A stretch of 35,195 nt of DNA, taken from NCBI GenBank assembly GCA_032115735.1, contig JAUMBM010000270.1, positions 1-35,195 on the forward strand, given 5' to 3'. Shown in pieces: positions 25,680-34,677 of this stretch (its first letter is position 1; each line of letters starts with the position of its first letter). This DNA comes from Saprospiraceae bacterium. Its GTDB lineage: Bacteria > Bacteroidota > Bacteroidia > Chitinophagales > Saprospiraceae. A program made the position numbers and the translations under genes. The notes beneath the pieces are model-generated. The model saw nothing but the letters and a program-made list of their open reading frames with translations. It did not search any database and was not told the origin of the DNA.

Positions 25680-28600
25680 TTAGAAACCGAGATTAACGCC
25701 TACTGAATACACACGCTGCTGCGGGTTGCCGTTCCAGTCAACACCAAAGCCGTTGGTATTTGTTTCCGGGTCAATACCGGTATAGTTGGTGAAGGTAAGT
25801 GCATTCTGTGCTTGTACAAATACGCGCAGTGACTGAATGCTCGCCTTCTTTGTGATATTTGTTGGCAGGGTGTAGCCGATAGCGAAGTTGCCGAGGCGGA
25901 TGAAATCACCCTTCTCTACGAAACGCGTGCTGGCAAAATCCGGATTGTTGATACGGTTGCTTTGGCCAAGAATCAGTTTTGGCGTCATACCATCACCAGG
26001 ATTGTCAGCGCTCTGCCAGCGACCAAGAATTTCAGTACCGTTGTTGTTGAACGCCATCTCCAGCAGGTCAATACGCGTACGGTTCATGATCATATTTCCA
26101 CCCTGGAAGCGGAAGAAAATATTCATGTCAAAGTTGCCAAAACGGAAATTGTTGTCAAAACCACCGAACCACTTAGGAATAGCAACCCCAAGGACGCGAC
26201 GGTCAGTCGTTGCAGACAGTGAGCTAGACTCTCCACGTGTACCAGGATTAGCTGGATCAAATACGAAGAAAGCGCCGTTAGTAAGTTCGTTTTCAACCAG
26301 CGTACCATTGGCCTTCACGTATACAGGGTTACCATTGGATGGGTTTACACCCCAGTAGTCAAAGCCGTAGATAGAGTTAAGAGACTCGCCTACACGTATG
26401 ATATTGTAGCTCGAAACGATATCGCGATCACCGACCAGTGCAAGTACTTCGTTGTTCTGCGTAGAGATGTTGAATGCTGCATTCCACTTGAACTTATCTG
26501 TATTGATTACAGCTGCATCCAGTGTAAGTTCTACACCCTGACCCCTTACACGGCCAACGTTCTGGCTGATGATATTACCAGGAACACCCAAAGAGGGTGC
26601 TGTTGGTGCCTGCAGGATGATGTTGTCGTTATCCTGCATCCAGTAAGCCAATGAAAGATTGATGCGGTTGTCGAGCAGTCCCATGTCAAAGCCGAAGTCA
26701 TACTTGCGCTGTGATTCCCACGTGAGCAGATCGTTACCGAAGTTGCTGTAGCCGATACCGTTCTGTGAACCGTACTGAGCAGAGCCATAAGAACCAATGT
26801 AAGGATAGTTGCCAATGTTCGTGTTACCTACTTCTGCATAAGAACCACGGATACGGAAATCAGAAATCACGTTAGACAAGCTACCCCAGAAAGCCTCTTC
26901 TGACAAACGGTATGCAAAAGATGCTGATGGGAAGTAACCTACACGGCCTTCCTTCGGCAGTGAGGAGAGTGCATCGCGACGGATAGACGCGCTAACATAA
27001 TACTTGCGTGCAAAGTTGTAGTTTACACGACCCAAGTAAGAAGCCAAACCATTCTCCTGCAGGCCACCCGTGATTGTCTGGTTAGCAAAAGTACCAGAGA
27101 TTAGGTTCTCCTGGAAGAAACGGTCCGACAGGTCGGTAGCTGTAGCCCGGTAGAAGCTGGTGCGCTCCTTCTGGTATTCCTGTACCAATGTGAGGTTCAG
27201 GTTGTGCTTTTCAGCAAAAGTGTTGTTGTAAGTAAGGATATTCTGCCAGTTCCAGCGCAGTGAAGGCAGGTAAGCCTGTGAAACGCGGCCGTTGGCAGAG
27301 AAGCCGTCACCATGCCGTGGATCCTGGAAAAGGAAGTCCTCAACATAGCTGCCGTCGATACCTATCTGCGTACGCAGGTCAAGGCCTTTAGCGAGGTTAG
27401 CCGTAGCATAAGCATTGCCGATCAGACGCCAGCTATCCGCACGACGCTGGTCATTGTCCAGTACGAAACGCTGGTTAGGAATACCGTTAGCGATCTCGAT
27501 AGAGTTAGCACCACGACCGAGTGTACGTGGGTTTGCATCATCGATGTTGTAGCCTGTAGGATCATTTGGATCAAATACATCAACGTTCGGGAACATACGC
27601 ATCACAGAGAACGTGTTACCTGACAGGTTGTTGGAACCCGTCAATGGCCCGAGGTTCTCCTGGCGTGTTACACCACTTGAAAAGCCAATCTTCAGCCAGT
27701 TGTTGATTTTCTGGTCAAGGTTCGAGCGGAAAGTGTAGCGGGAAAGACTGTTGGCGATAGCAATACCCTCCTGAGCACCATAGCCAAAAGAGAAGTAGTA
27801 GCTAGTCATGTCCGTACCACCGCTCACAGAGAATACATGGTTCTGCTGGAAAGCATTGCGATAGATGGCATCGTTCCAGTCCGTCTCAACTGTGCTGCCG
27901 TCGGCGCGCGTCTGAAGCGCTGCGATATTAGACGCACCACCTGCATTGCGGTTCTTCTCGTTATTGATTTCGACGAATTGCTCAGCACCCAGCAGGTCGA
28001 ACAACTTGGTAGCCTGCGCATAACCGACATAATTGTCATAGCTAAATTTAGCGCGACCAGCTTTACCTTTTTTGGTCGTAATCAATACAACCCCATTGGA
28101 AGCACGTGAGCCGTAGATAGCTGTAGCTGCACCATCCTTCAGGATCTCGAAAGACTCAATATCCGCAGGGTTAATGTCTGCCAACGCGTTATTAGGCGTT
28201 GAAGACCCTACGTCACCACTAAAAACAGGTACACCATCAATAACAATGAGGGGGCCTGTACCAGATGAGATAGAGTTTACACCACGAATACGGATCTGAG
28301 GGGCTGCACCCAGAATGCCGCTCGGAGGTGTGATCTGTACACCGGCTGCACGACCTGCCAGCTGCTGTACAAAGCTGGGTGTCGCCAGGTTGGCAAGCTC
28401 GTCACCTTTTACCTGAGAAATAGAGCCGGTTACATCACGCTTCTGTTGTGTACCGTAACCAACGACCACCGCTGTTTCCAGACTTACAGCGTCCATTTCC
28501 ATCACTACGTTCAATACGTTGGATGGTCCGATGGCCACTTCCTGTGTCTTGAAACCCGTGTAGCTGAATACCAGCGCAGTCGCCCCTGCCGGGACACTCA

Positions 28601-28778
28601 GAGAGTAGGATCCATCGAAATCCGTAACCGTACCGGTTACCGTACCCTTTACCAGGATACTCGTTCCAATGAGTGCTTCACCATTGGTGTCTGTCACCTT
28701 TCCACTGATGCTACGCTGCGCCACAAGCCCAACAGAGCCGAACAACACAAGCATCAGAATTAGTGAAAGTTTTTTCAT
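25680..28778 (-). CDS. SusC/RagA-family TonB-linked outer-membrane transporter
   Basis: 1032 aa from the ATG at 28778 (MKKLSLILMLVLFGSVGLVAQ). CarboxypepD_reg domain (ISGKVTDTNGEALIGTSILVKG), the SusC-typical VVVGYGTQQKRDVTGS, a plug (VLITTKKG), and a barrel ending ...GVNLGF. Confidence 0.93.
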   Translation of the reverse strand: MKKLSLILMLVLFGSVGLVAQRSISGKVTDTNGEALIGTSILVKGTVTGTVTDFDGSYSLSVPAGATALVFSYTGFKTQEVAIGPSNVLNVVMEMDAVSLETAVVVGYGTQQKRDVTGSISQVKGDELANLATPSFVQQLAGRAAGVQITPPSGILGAAPQIRIRGVNSISSGTGPLIVIDGVPVFSGDVGSSTPNNALADINPADIESFEILKDGAATAIYGSRASNGVVLITTKKGKAGRAKFSYDNYVGYAQATKLFDLLGAEQFVEINNEKNRNAGGASNIAALQTRADGSTVETDWNDAIYRNAFQQNHVFSVSGGTDMTSYYFSFGYGAQEGIAIANSLSRYTFRSNLDQKINNWLKIGFSSGVTRQENLGPLTGSNNLSGNTFSVMRMFPNVDVFDPNDPTGYNIDDANPRTLGRGANSIEIANGIPNQRFVLDNDQRRADSWRLIGNAYATANLAKGLDLRTQIGIDGSYVEDFLFQDPRHGDGFSANGRVSQAYLPSLRWNWQNILTYNNTFAEKHNLNLTLVQEYQKERTSFYRATATDLSDRFFQENLISGTFANQTITGGLQENGLASYLGRVNYNFARKYYVSASIRRDALSSLPKEGRVGYFPSASFAYRLSEEAFWGSLSNVISDFRIRGSYAEVGNTNIGNYPYIGSYGSAQYGSQNGIGYSNFGNDLLTWESQRKYDFGFDMGLLDNRINLSLAYWMQDNDNIILQAPTAPSLGVPGNIISQNVGRVRGQGVELTLDAAVINTDKFKWNAAFNISTQNNEVLALVGDRDIVSSYNIIRVGESLNSIYGFDYWGVNPSNGNPVYVKANGTLVENELTNGAFFVFDPANPGTRGESSSLSATTDRRVLGVAIPKWFGGFDNNFRFGNFDMNIFFRFQGGNMIMNRTRIDLLEMAFNNNGTEILGRWQSADNPGDGMTPKLILGQSNRINNPDFASTRFVEKGDFIRLGNFAIGYTLPTNITKKASIQSLRVFVQAQNALTFTNYTGIDPETNTNGFGVDWNGNPQQRVYSVGVNLGF

Positions 28779-28851
28779 TCTGAATGAATTTGGTTTATGA
28801 AATAATTGTTTAACCCACGAAAAATGCAAAATTTTATCTTAGCCCACAGGC

Positions 28852-28859
28852 CAAAGTTA
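28852..28859 (-). promoter_or_regulatory. -7 promoter box (TAACTTTG on minus strand) for susC-like gene
   Basis: The plus strand reads CAAAGTTA. The box lies 74 nt upstream of the ATG at 28778. Confidence 0.3.
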
Positions 28860-29034
28860 GCATCTTTTAGTTGCTAAAGCAACAGTTAAAATAACACCGA
28901 TTACTCCACAGAGTTTAGATGATTACAAAAATATGCCCTTTCATACCCAAGTTCAAACCTGAACCGCAGTAGATGAGTCGTGCGGTTTATCCGTTGATAT
29001 GACAAAGAACATTAACTTTACGCAATCCTTATTG

Positions 29035-29051
29035 TTGTATTCAGAATACAA
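29035..29051. promoter_or_regulatory. 17-bp perfect palindrome (candidate operator) upstream of ribA
   Basis: TTGTATTC-A-GAATACAA (8+1+8), ending 28 nt upstream of ATG 29079. The 1-nt spacer makes a DNA-binding-dimer site more plausible than an RNA hairpin. Confidence 0.3.
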
Positions 29052-29078
29052 GAAAAGATTTTTACAGAACGGTAATAT

Positions 29079-29714
29079 ATGTCAGTAACTGCCGATTATC
29101 TAACAACGAAATCAAGCCTTCATTCGCTGCTAAGGCAAGCCGATGCCATGATTCCCACGCCCTGGGGTAATTTTCGCATGTATGCCTATGCAGAGCACGC
29201 AGACGACTGGATGCCTCATCTGGCACTAATGCACGAGGATTGTGATAGCCAGCAGCCCGTGATTGTACGTATTCATTCAGAGTGTATCACCGGCGATTTG
29301 TTTGGCTCAAAAAAATGCGACTGCGGGGAGCAACTTCATCAGGCATTGCAAATGATCGCTACAGGCAAGGGCATACTGCTCTACCTTCGGCAGGAAGGCA
29401 GAGGCATTGGCATTATCAATAAACTAAAGGCCTACCAACTACAGGAACAGGGATATGATACAATCCATGCCAACCTCCATCTGGGGCTGGAAGTCGATGC
29501 TCGTCAATATGACGCTGCCGTAGCTATGCTACACGATCTCGATATCCGTAAGATACAGCTGATTACCAATAATCCCGATAAAATTGAGGCATTCGACAAG
29601 TCGGATATACGCATCTGCCAACGCATACCTATCATCATCCAGCCACAAAAAGAAAATACTGACTACCTAAAAATCAAACAGACTGAAATGGGACATCTGT
29701 TTGATATCCTGTAA
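29079..29714 (+). CDS. ribA: GTP cyclohydrolase II (monofunctional)
   Basis: 211 aa with the zinc/active-site region RIHSECITGDLFGSKKCDCGEQL, then LYLRQEGRGIGIINK. There is no fused RibB domain. Confidence 0.92.
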   Translation: MSVTADYLTTKSSLHSLLRQADAMIPTPWGNFRMYAYAEHADDWMPHLALMHEDCDSQQPVIVRIHSECITGDLFGSKKCDCGEQLHQALQMIATGKGILLYLRQEGRGIGIINKLKAYQLQEQGYDTIHANLHLGLEVDARQYDAAVAMLHDLDIRKIQLITNNPDKIEAFDKSDIRICQRIPIIIQPQKENTDYLKIKQTEMGHLFDIL

Positions 29715-29773
29715 CATCAATTCTTACAGACCGTAAATCAGCAGGTATTGTACGCTTGATGTTGCTGCGCTGC

Positions 29774-31231
29774 TCAGCTGCTGCAACACTCATCCACAAT
29801 GCGTGCGGATAGTAAACAAAGCGGAATTCCTCCACCCGGATGTACACTGCCCCCGGCAAAGTACAACTCCCGGATATCACTGCTAAAATTGGCATGCCTG
29901 AGAAAGGCAGCCATCCTGTTGTTGGAACTGGTTCCGTAGAGCGCGCCCAAGTGCGAGCCCGTCCGGGATTCAATGGTAGGAGGCGTCAGTATGTACTCTG
30001 CTTCAATCAAAGCGCTGACGTCTGTCCCCAAGAGGCGACTAAGCTTTTCCAGCGTTCGAGCTCTCGTAAGTCGTGTGAGCTCTTCCCAGTCCTGCCCCCG
30101 ATCATAGGGTGCATTAATCATGACAAACCAATTTTCACAACCCTCCGGTGCATCTCCTTGTACATGCCGGGACGTAAGATTGACATACACCGTAGGATCC
30201 TCATGCATACCCCCGGCTTCGAGGGCTGCAAACTCGGCCTGATAGTTGTCACTAAAGAATATATTGTGCACGTTGAGTTCCGGGAATGTTTTCTTAATAC
30301 CCCAGTAAAATATCAGGGCAGAAGTAGATTTCTGCTGCCGCAGCACCCGCTCAGGTTTTTTTGCCGCAGGCAAAAGCTTATGATAGGCAAAAAATACATC
30401 CATATTACAGATCACCCGCTCGAAATCGAGAGACTGCCCCTGCACCCGCAGGCCGCTTGCCCGGCCGTCGCTCACCAAAATTTCCTCTACGTTCTGATTG
30501 AAATGGAATTTCACCCCCCGACGCTCTGCTAAAGCATGAATGCGCTCGGTGATGGCTACCATGCCCCCTTCGGGCAAATAGGCTCCATAGTGATGCTCGA
30601 AGTGCGGGATGATAGACAACAAACCCGGAGCCTTGTAAGGATTGGATCCGTTGTAGGTGGCAAATCGATTGAAAAGCTGTATCATCTTCGGGTTATCTAA
30701 TGCCCTCGCGTGCACACTGTCCATTGTTGTAAAGAGGTCGAAGCGGGGCAGTTGCAACAGTGCCCAAAGCACAGAAGGATCCAACCAGGTATCTGCCCTG
30801 TGGAGGCTCTTCTCTAAAAAAGTTCTGCCGGTGAGCTTATATTTTGTCTCGGCCTGTTGTAGCAGTTGCAGCACCTTATTGGCCCTAACACCCAGCTTAT
30901 CCTCCGCCTCCCGGGCAAAAGCCTCTTTTTCAGCATATGCATGCAGGCGCGTACCATCTTCCCAAAAATAGTTACAAATTACTGGCAATCGGTGATACTG
31001 GAAATGCTCGCGGGGATCCTCTCCCGCCAGCACAAACAACTCATCCACGTACTGCGGCATTGTAAACAGTGAAGGTCCCAGATCAAATCGATATGCCCCT
31101 GCCTGTAAAGAGGATAGTTTCCCCCCCGGTTTAGCCTCTTTTTCAAATACCTCCACAGCATGACCCTTAACAGCCATACGAACAGCGCTGGCCAATCCAG
31201 CGATACCAGCTCCTACAATTGCTACTTTCAA
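29774..31231 (-). CDS. phytoene-desaturase-family FAD oxidoreductase (CrtI/CrtD-like carotenoid desaturase)
   Basis: 485 aa. The N-terminal Rossmann motif MKVAIVGAGIAGLASA starts at residue 1, which forces the TTG start at 31231. The C-terminus LYFAGGSVHPGGGIP is typical of the CrtI family. Confidence 0.87.
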   Translation of the reverse strand: MKVAIVGAGIAGLASAVRMAVKGHAVEVFEKEAKPGGKLSSLQAGAYRFDLGPSLFTMPQYVDELFVLAGEDPREHFQYHRLPVICNYFWEDGTRLHAYAEKEAFAREAEDKLGVRANKVLQLLQQAETKYKLTGRTFLEKSLHRADTWLDPSVLWALLQLPRFDLFTTMDSVHARALDNPKMIQLFNRFATYNGSNPYKAPGLLSIIPHFEHHYGAYLPEGGMVAITERIHALAERRGVKFHFNQNVEEILVSDGRASGLRVQGQSLDFERVICNMDVFFAYHKLLPAAKKPERVLRQQKSTSALIFYWGIKKTFPELNVHNIFFSDNYQAEFAALEAGGMHEDPTVYVNLTSRHVQGDAPEGCENWFVMINAPYDRGQDWEELTRLTRARTLEKLSRLLGTDVSALIEAEYILTPPTIESRTGSHLGALYGTSSNNRMAAFLRHANFSSDIRELYFAGGSVHPGGGIPLCLLSARIVDECCSS

Positions 31232-31361
31232 GCTGCTATGATCTTTTGGTGAGCAGATATAACAATGCAGTCCGGCTGGTGTTTAGCGCAAAGAGGTATA
31301 AAAAAAACAAGCGGGGCAGTATGGTAGGACGAAACGAGCGGTGGGTGGTGAAGCATGAGCG

Positions 31362-31901
31362 TCAGAGTCGGTCGCGCAACAACAAGCGGAGCATTTTTAG
31401 GGCTTTAGTCATTTGATTTTCAACTGTTTTAATGCTTATACCGAGCACTGAGGCAATTTCTTTGGCTGACATTTCCTCAAAACGGTTCAGCATAAATACC
31501 TGACGACAGCGAGTGGGCAATGCATCTATGGCACGCTCGATTGCCTCCTGCAGCTCCAGCCTTTCAAACTCAAAAACAGCACCTTCAGCAGCCGCGGGCA
31601 GATCGCCATCGGACTCATCTGCATCTGTCACGATCATTTTCCGGTCGCGCAGGTAGTTAAGTGACCTGTTGACAGTCGCTCTGTGAAGGTAAGCACCGAA
31701 AGATCCTGACAGTTGTAGCTTGGCGCGGTTGCGCCAAATTTCTAAGAATACTTCCTGCACGATATCTTCTGCAGCAGCCCTGTCGGCTAAAATGCGGAAG
31801 GCTGTCCTGCACAGTCCTTCATAATGCGTTTTGAAGAGGAAATCCATAGCGGACTCCCCGGAAGATTTGAGCTGAAGAAGAAGTAATTGGTCCGTTGTCA
31901 A
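31362..31901 (-). CDS. ECF-type RNA polymerase sigma-70 family factor
   Basis: 179 aa. Region 2 is AEDIVQEVFLEIWRN...YLHRATVNRSLNYLR and region 4 HTH is MSAKEIASVLGISIKTVENQMTKALK. The longest ORF starts at TTG. Confidence 0.88.
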   Translation of the reverse strand: MTTDQLLLLQLKSSGESAMDFLFKTHYEGLCRTAFRILADRAAAEDIVQEVFLEIWRNRAKLQLSGSFGAYLHRATVNRSLNYLRDRKMIVTDADESDGDLPAAAEGAVFEFERLELQEAIERAIDALPTRCRQVFMLNRFEEMSAKEIASVLGISIKTVENQMTKALKMLRLLLRDRL

Positions 31902-32073
31902 TCCGCCTTACAATTAGTAAGTAAATATATCACAATCTTGCAATCATTGAAACATGCGAAAGCGGATAAATGCTGTTTTCCCGACAGAATAAAAAATACC
32001 GAATATTATTTTGGCCGAATCAAATAAATCGGATATCTTGACGGGTCATTTTATTTATGCAACCACTTGAAAG

Positions 32074-33612
32074 ATGAAAAAATCACTGTACGCGCTCATT
32101 GGCATGTTATTTTTGCCGATGATTCTGGCAGCTAACGACGCGCCGAGTATTGATGAAAAAATCAATGCGGTCTTTGCTCCCGTCACCCAAGCAATTGAAA
32201 ATGTCGTATTTGTATCTCTCCCTCTGGGTAGCACAACCGTCCCGTTTGTACTCATTTGGTTGATAACGGGCGCTATCATCTTTACCGTCTATTTGCGTTT
32301 TATCAATATCCGGCAGTTTAGGCATGCACTGGATGTAGTACGTGGTCAATACGATAAGCCTGGTGAGCAGGGAGAGGTTTCGCATTTTCAGGCTTTAACT
32401 GCAGCACTTTCCGGAACGGTAGGTGTAGGCAATATTGCAGGTGTAGCTATTGCTGTATCTATAGGAGGGCCGGGCGCTACCTTTTGGATGATCATTGCCG
32501 GGCTACTTGGTATGTCTTCCAAGTTTGTAGAATGTTCTTTAGGAACCATGTACCGCAACATCAATCCTGATGGTACCGTTTCCGGTGGCCCCATGTACTA
32601 TCTTGATAAGGGACTGGCAAAAAAAGGATTTGGCGGACTCGGTAAGGTACTGGCAATTATGTTTGCCATCGCCTGCGTAGGTGGTTCTTTTGGCGGTGGC
32701 AATATGGTACAGGTCAATCAGGCCACCCAGCAATTCATCGAGGTAACTGGGGGAACTTCAAGTTTCTTCTATGGTAAAGGATGGATTTTTGGTGCGATTA
32801 TGGCCGTACTGGTAGCTATCGTTATTATTGGAGGTATTAAGTCCATCGCCAGGGTTACCGATAAGATTGTCCCCTTTATGGTGGGCATCTACCTTGCCGG
32901 GGCTCTATATGTGTTGTTTGCCAATGTAGCCCAAATCCCGTGGGCTTTCGGACAGATTTTCAAAGGCGCTTTTGCGGCCGATGCTGTTTATGGAGGAGTT
33001 ATTGGGGTTGTTATACAGGGATTCAGGCGAGCAGCCTTCTCCAATGAGGCAGGTATTGGCTCAGCCTCTATTGCGCATTCTGCGGTAAAGACGGATGAAC
33101 CAATCAGTGAGGGTATAGTGTCGCTGTTGGAGCCTTTTATAGATACTGTTGTAATATGTACCATGACCGCACTCGTTATTGTCCTCACCAACTACGGTGG
33201 CCAAGGGGCTGAGAGTGCACTTAATGCTGCACAAAGTATGGGTGGCATCGCACTAACAAATTCAGCTTTCATGTCTGAGATATCCTGGTTTCCACCAGTC
33301 CTCTCCCTCGCAGTAATCCTGTTTGCTCTTTCAACCATGATTTCATGGTCATATTATGGTTTAAAAGCTTGGACTTACCTCTTTGGAGAGAGCAAAATGA
33401 ACGAGATTATTTACAAAGCTATCTTCTGTGGATTCATCGTTGTTGGTTCTGCCATGAGTCTGGGTGCTGTATTCAGCTTTGGCGATGCCATGATTTTTGC
33501 TATGTGCTTCCCCAACGTACTCGGTTTGTATTTCCTGCTCCCTGAAGTACGGGCTGAACTGAACAAATATCTGGCGAAAGTAAAATCAGGAGAGATTGCA
33601 AAAAACGTCTGA
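32074..33612 (+). CDS. alanine/glycine:cation symporter (AGCS family)
   Basis: 512 aa, polytopic. Family motifs are [37 protein letters not shown] and [17 protein letters not shown]. Confidence 0.92.
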   Translation: MKKSLYALIGMLFLPMILAANDAPSIDEKINAVFAPVTQAIENVVFVSLPLGSTTVPFVLIWLITGAIIFTVYLRFINIRQFRHALDVVRGQYDKPGEQGEVSHFQALTAALSGTVGVGNIAGVAIAVSIGGPGATFWMIIAGLLGMSSKFVECSLGTMYRNINPDGTVSGGPMYYLDKGLAKKGFGGLGKVLAIMFAIACVGGSFGGGNMVQVNQATQQFIEVTGGTSSFFYGKGWIFGAIMAVLVAIVIIGGIKSIARVTDKIVPFMVGIYLAGALYVLFANVAQIPWAFGQIFKGAFAADAVYGGVIGVVIQGFRRAAFSNEAGIGSASIAHSAVKTDEPISEGIVSLLEPFIDTVVICTMTALVIVLTNYGGQGAESALNAAQSMGGIALTNSAFMSEISWFPPVLSLAVILFALSTMISWSYYGLKAWTYLFGESKMNEIIYKAIFCGFIVVGSAMSLGAVFSFGDAMIFAMCFPNVLGLYFLLPEVRAELNKYLAKVKSGEIAKNV

Positions 33613-33643
33613 CGGATTATTGCTTAGTAAGCATTGTTTTTCA

Positions 33644-33696
33644 GCATAATAAAAGCGATGGGAGTGAATATTCCCATCGCTTTTATTATGCTTTTT
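33644..33696 (+). terminator. intrinsic terminator after the symporter gene
   Basis: 20-bp perfect stem GCATAATAAAAGCGATGGGA / TCCCATCGCTTTTATTATGC with an 8-nt loop, followed by TTTTT. Confidence 0.88.
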
Positions 33697-33731
33697 GGAC
33701 AAAGATGCAACAATGTTACAGGTATTTTGAC

Positions 33732-33739
33732 TATATTTG
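33732..33739 (+). promoter_or_regulatory. -7 promoter box (TATATTTG) for rlpA-like gene
   Basis: Exact TAnnTTTG match, 48 nt upstream of ATG 33787. Confidence 0.35.
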
Positions 33740-33786
33740 ATCGTCTTAATTTATGCAGGTAGTGCTATGCAACTTTCCTCTTCAAA

Positions 33787-34560
33787 ATGATGTTCAGTGC
33801 TATGAACCAAGCCCACTTCTTGAGGATATTTGTTGATAAGTATTTGCGTTGTGTGGTGTGCGTGTTTTTGCTTGGGCTACTGCCTGCCTGCTTGAAGGCA
33901 CAGGATACTCTCAGGGGAAAAGCGTCCTACTATAATGATATTTTCCACGGTAAGCCCACCGCTACAGGTGAGCTATATGATCGTGACTCCTTCACCTGTG
34001 CCTGTAAGAACTATCCGGTGGGTTCCATCCTGCGCGTCACCCGGGAAGACAATGGATTGGCAACAGAAGTTAAGGTCAATGACTGCGGCCCGCATGTCAG
34101 AGACCGAGTAATAGATTTATCCAAAGCAGCTGCCCGCGAAATTGATCTCATCCGTGATGGTATCACTGTTGTAATTGTTGAACTGCTTGTCCCCGGAACA
34201 GGTAAAATGCCTTGTCGTGGCAGCAGTCCCTTCCCGATGCCCTCTCCGGTCGAATCAGGAGCGGACAGCACGAGTCTGCAGCCTCAGGCAGACTCCATGC
34301 CGGAAATTCCGGAAATCGTGCTGCCGGAGGCAGGGTATATGATTCAAACCGGCAGCTACGGAAATCTCAACAATGCACTGGCGCTACAGACCCGTCTGCA
34401 AAATATTGGCCTTAGCAGCGCCTTTATTATCAAAAAAAATAACCTGTATAAGGTTATGACAGGTATATACAATGATCAGAACCAAGCTGAAGCGGACAAG
34501 CAACGGCTAAACGCTGAATTTTCTATACCGGGGATCATCATAAACATACAGAAGTGGTGA
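33787..34560 (+). CDS. rlpA: RlpA-family septal lytic transglycosylase with C-terminal SPOR domain
   Basis: Signal/lipoprotein-like N-terminus. DPBB domain (GKASYYNDIFHGKPTATGELYD...VKVNDCGPHVRDRVIDLS), a Pro/Ser-rich linker, and a SPOR-like C-terminus (YMIQTGSYGNLNNALALQTRLQ...YKVMTGIYNDQNQAEADKQRL). Confidence 0.85.
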   Translation: MMFSAMNQAHFLRIFVDKYLRCVVCVFLLGLLPACLKAQDTLRGKASYYNDIFHGKPTATGELYDRDSFTCACKNYPVGSILRVTREDNGLATEVKVNDCGPHVRDRVIDLSKAAAREIDLIRDGITVVIVELLVPGTGKMPCRGSSPFPMPSPVESGADSTSLQPQADSMPEIPEIVLPEAGYMIQTGSYGNLNNALALQTRLQNIGLSSAFIIKKNNLYKVMTGIYNDQNQAEADKQRLNAEFSIPGIIINIQKW

Positions 34561-34677
34561 GCATCTTGTGTTTTACAACGAATACCTGCGATTACGCAAT
34601 GCTGGCTAATCTACGCTCACTGAGTTTTACGCGAGCAATGTTATTATTGTGATTGAAAATTTTAATTGAACGTTTTT

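Noticed and set aside
28779-29078. Looked for an FMN (RFN) riboswitch upstream of ribA. Also noted a 17-codon upstream ORF (28919-28972) and a small hairpin AACCGCA/TGCGGTT (28962-28987).
   Set aside because: None of the conserved RFN segments are present. The mini-ORF and the 7-bp hairpin have no supporting features.
29713-29763. 8-bp stem AACATCAA/TTGATGTT with a 35-nt loop between convergent ribA and the desaturase gene.
   Set aside because: The loop is too large and the stem too AT-rich for a confident terminator, and it partly overlaps the ribA stop codon.
31902-32073. Looked for a glycine riboswitch upstream of the alanine/glycine symporter gene.
   Set aside because: There are no GGAGAG...ACCGAAGGGGCAA-type elements, only weak 4-bp stems.
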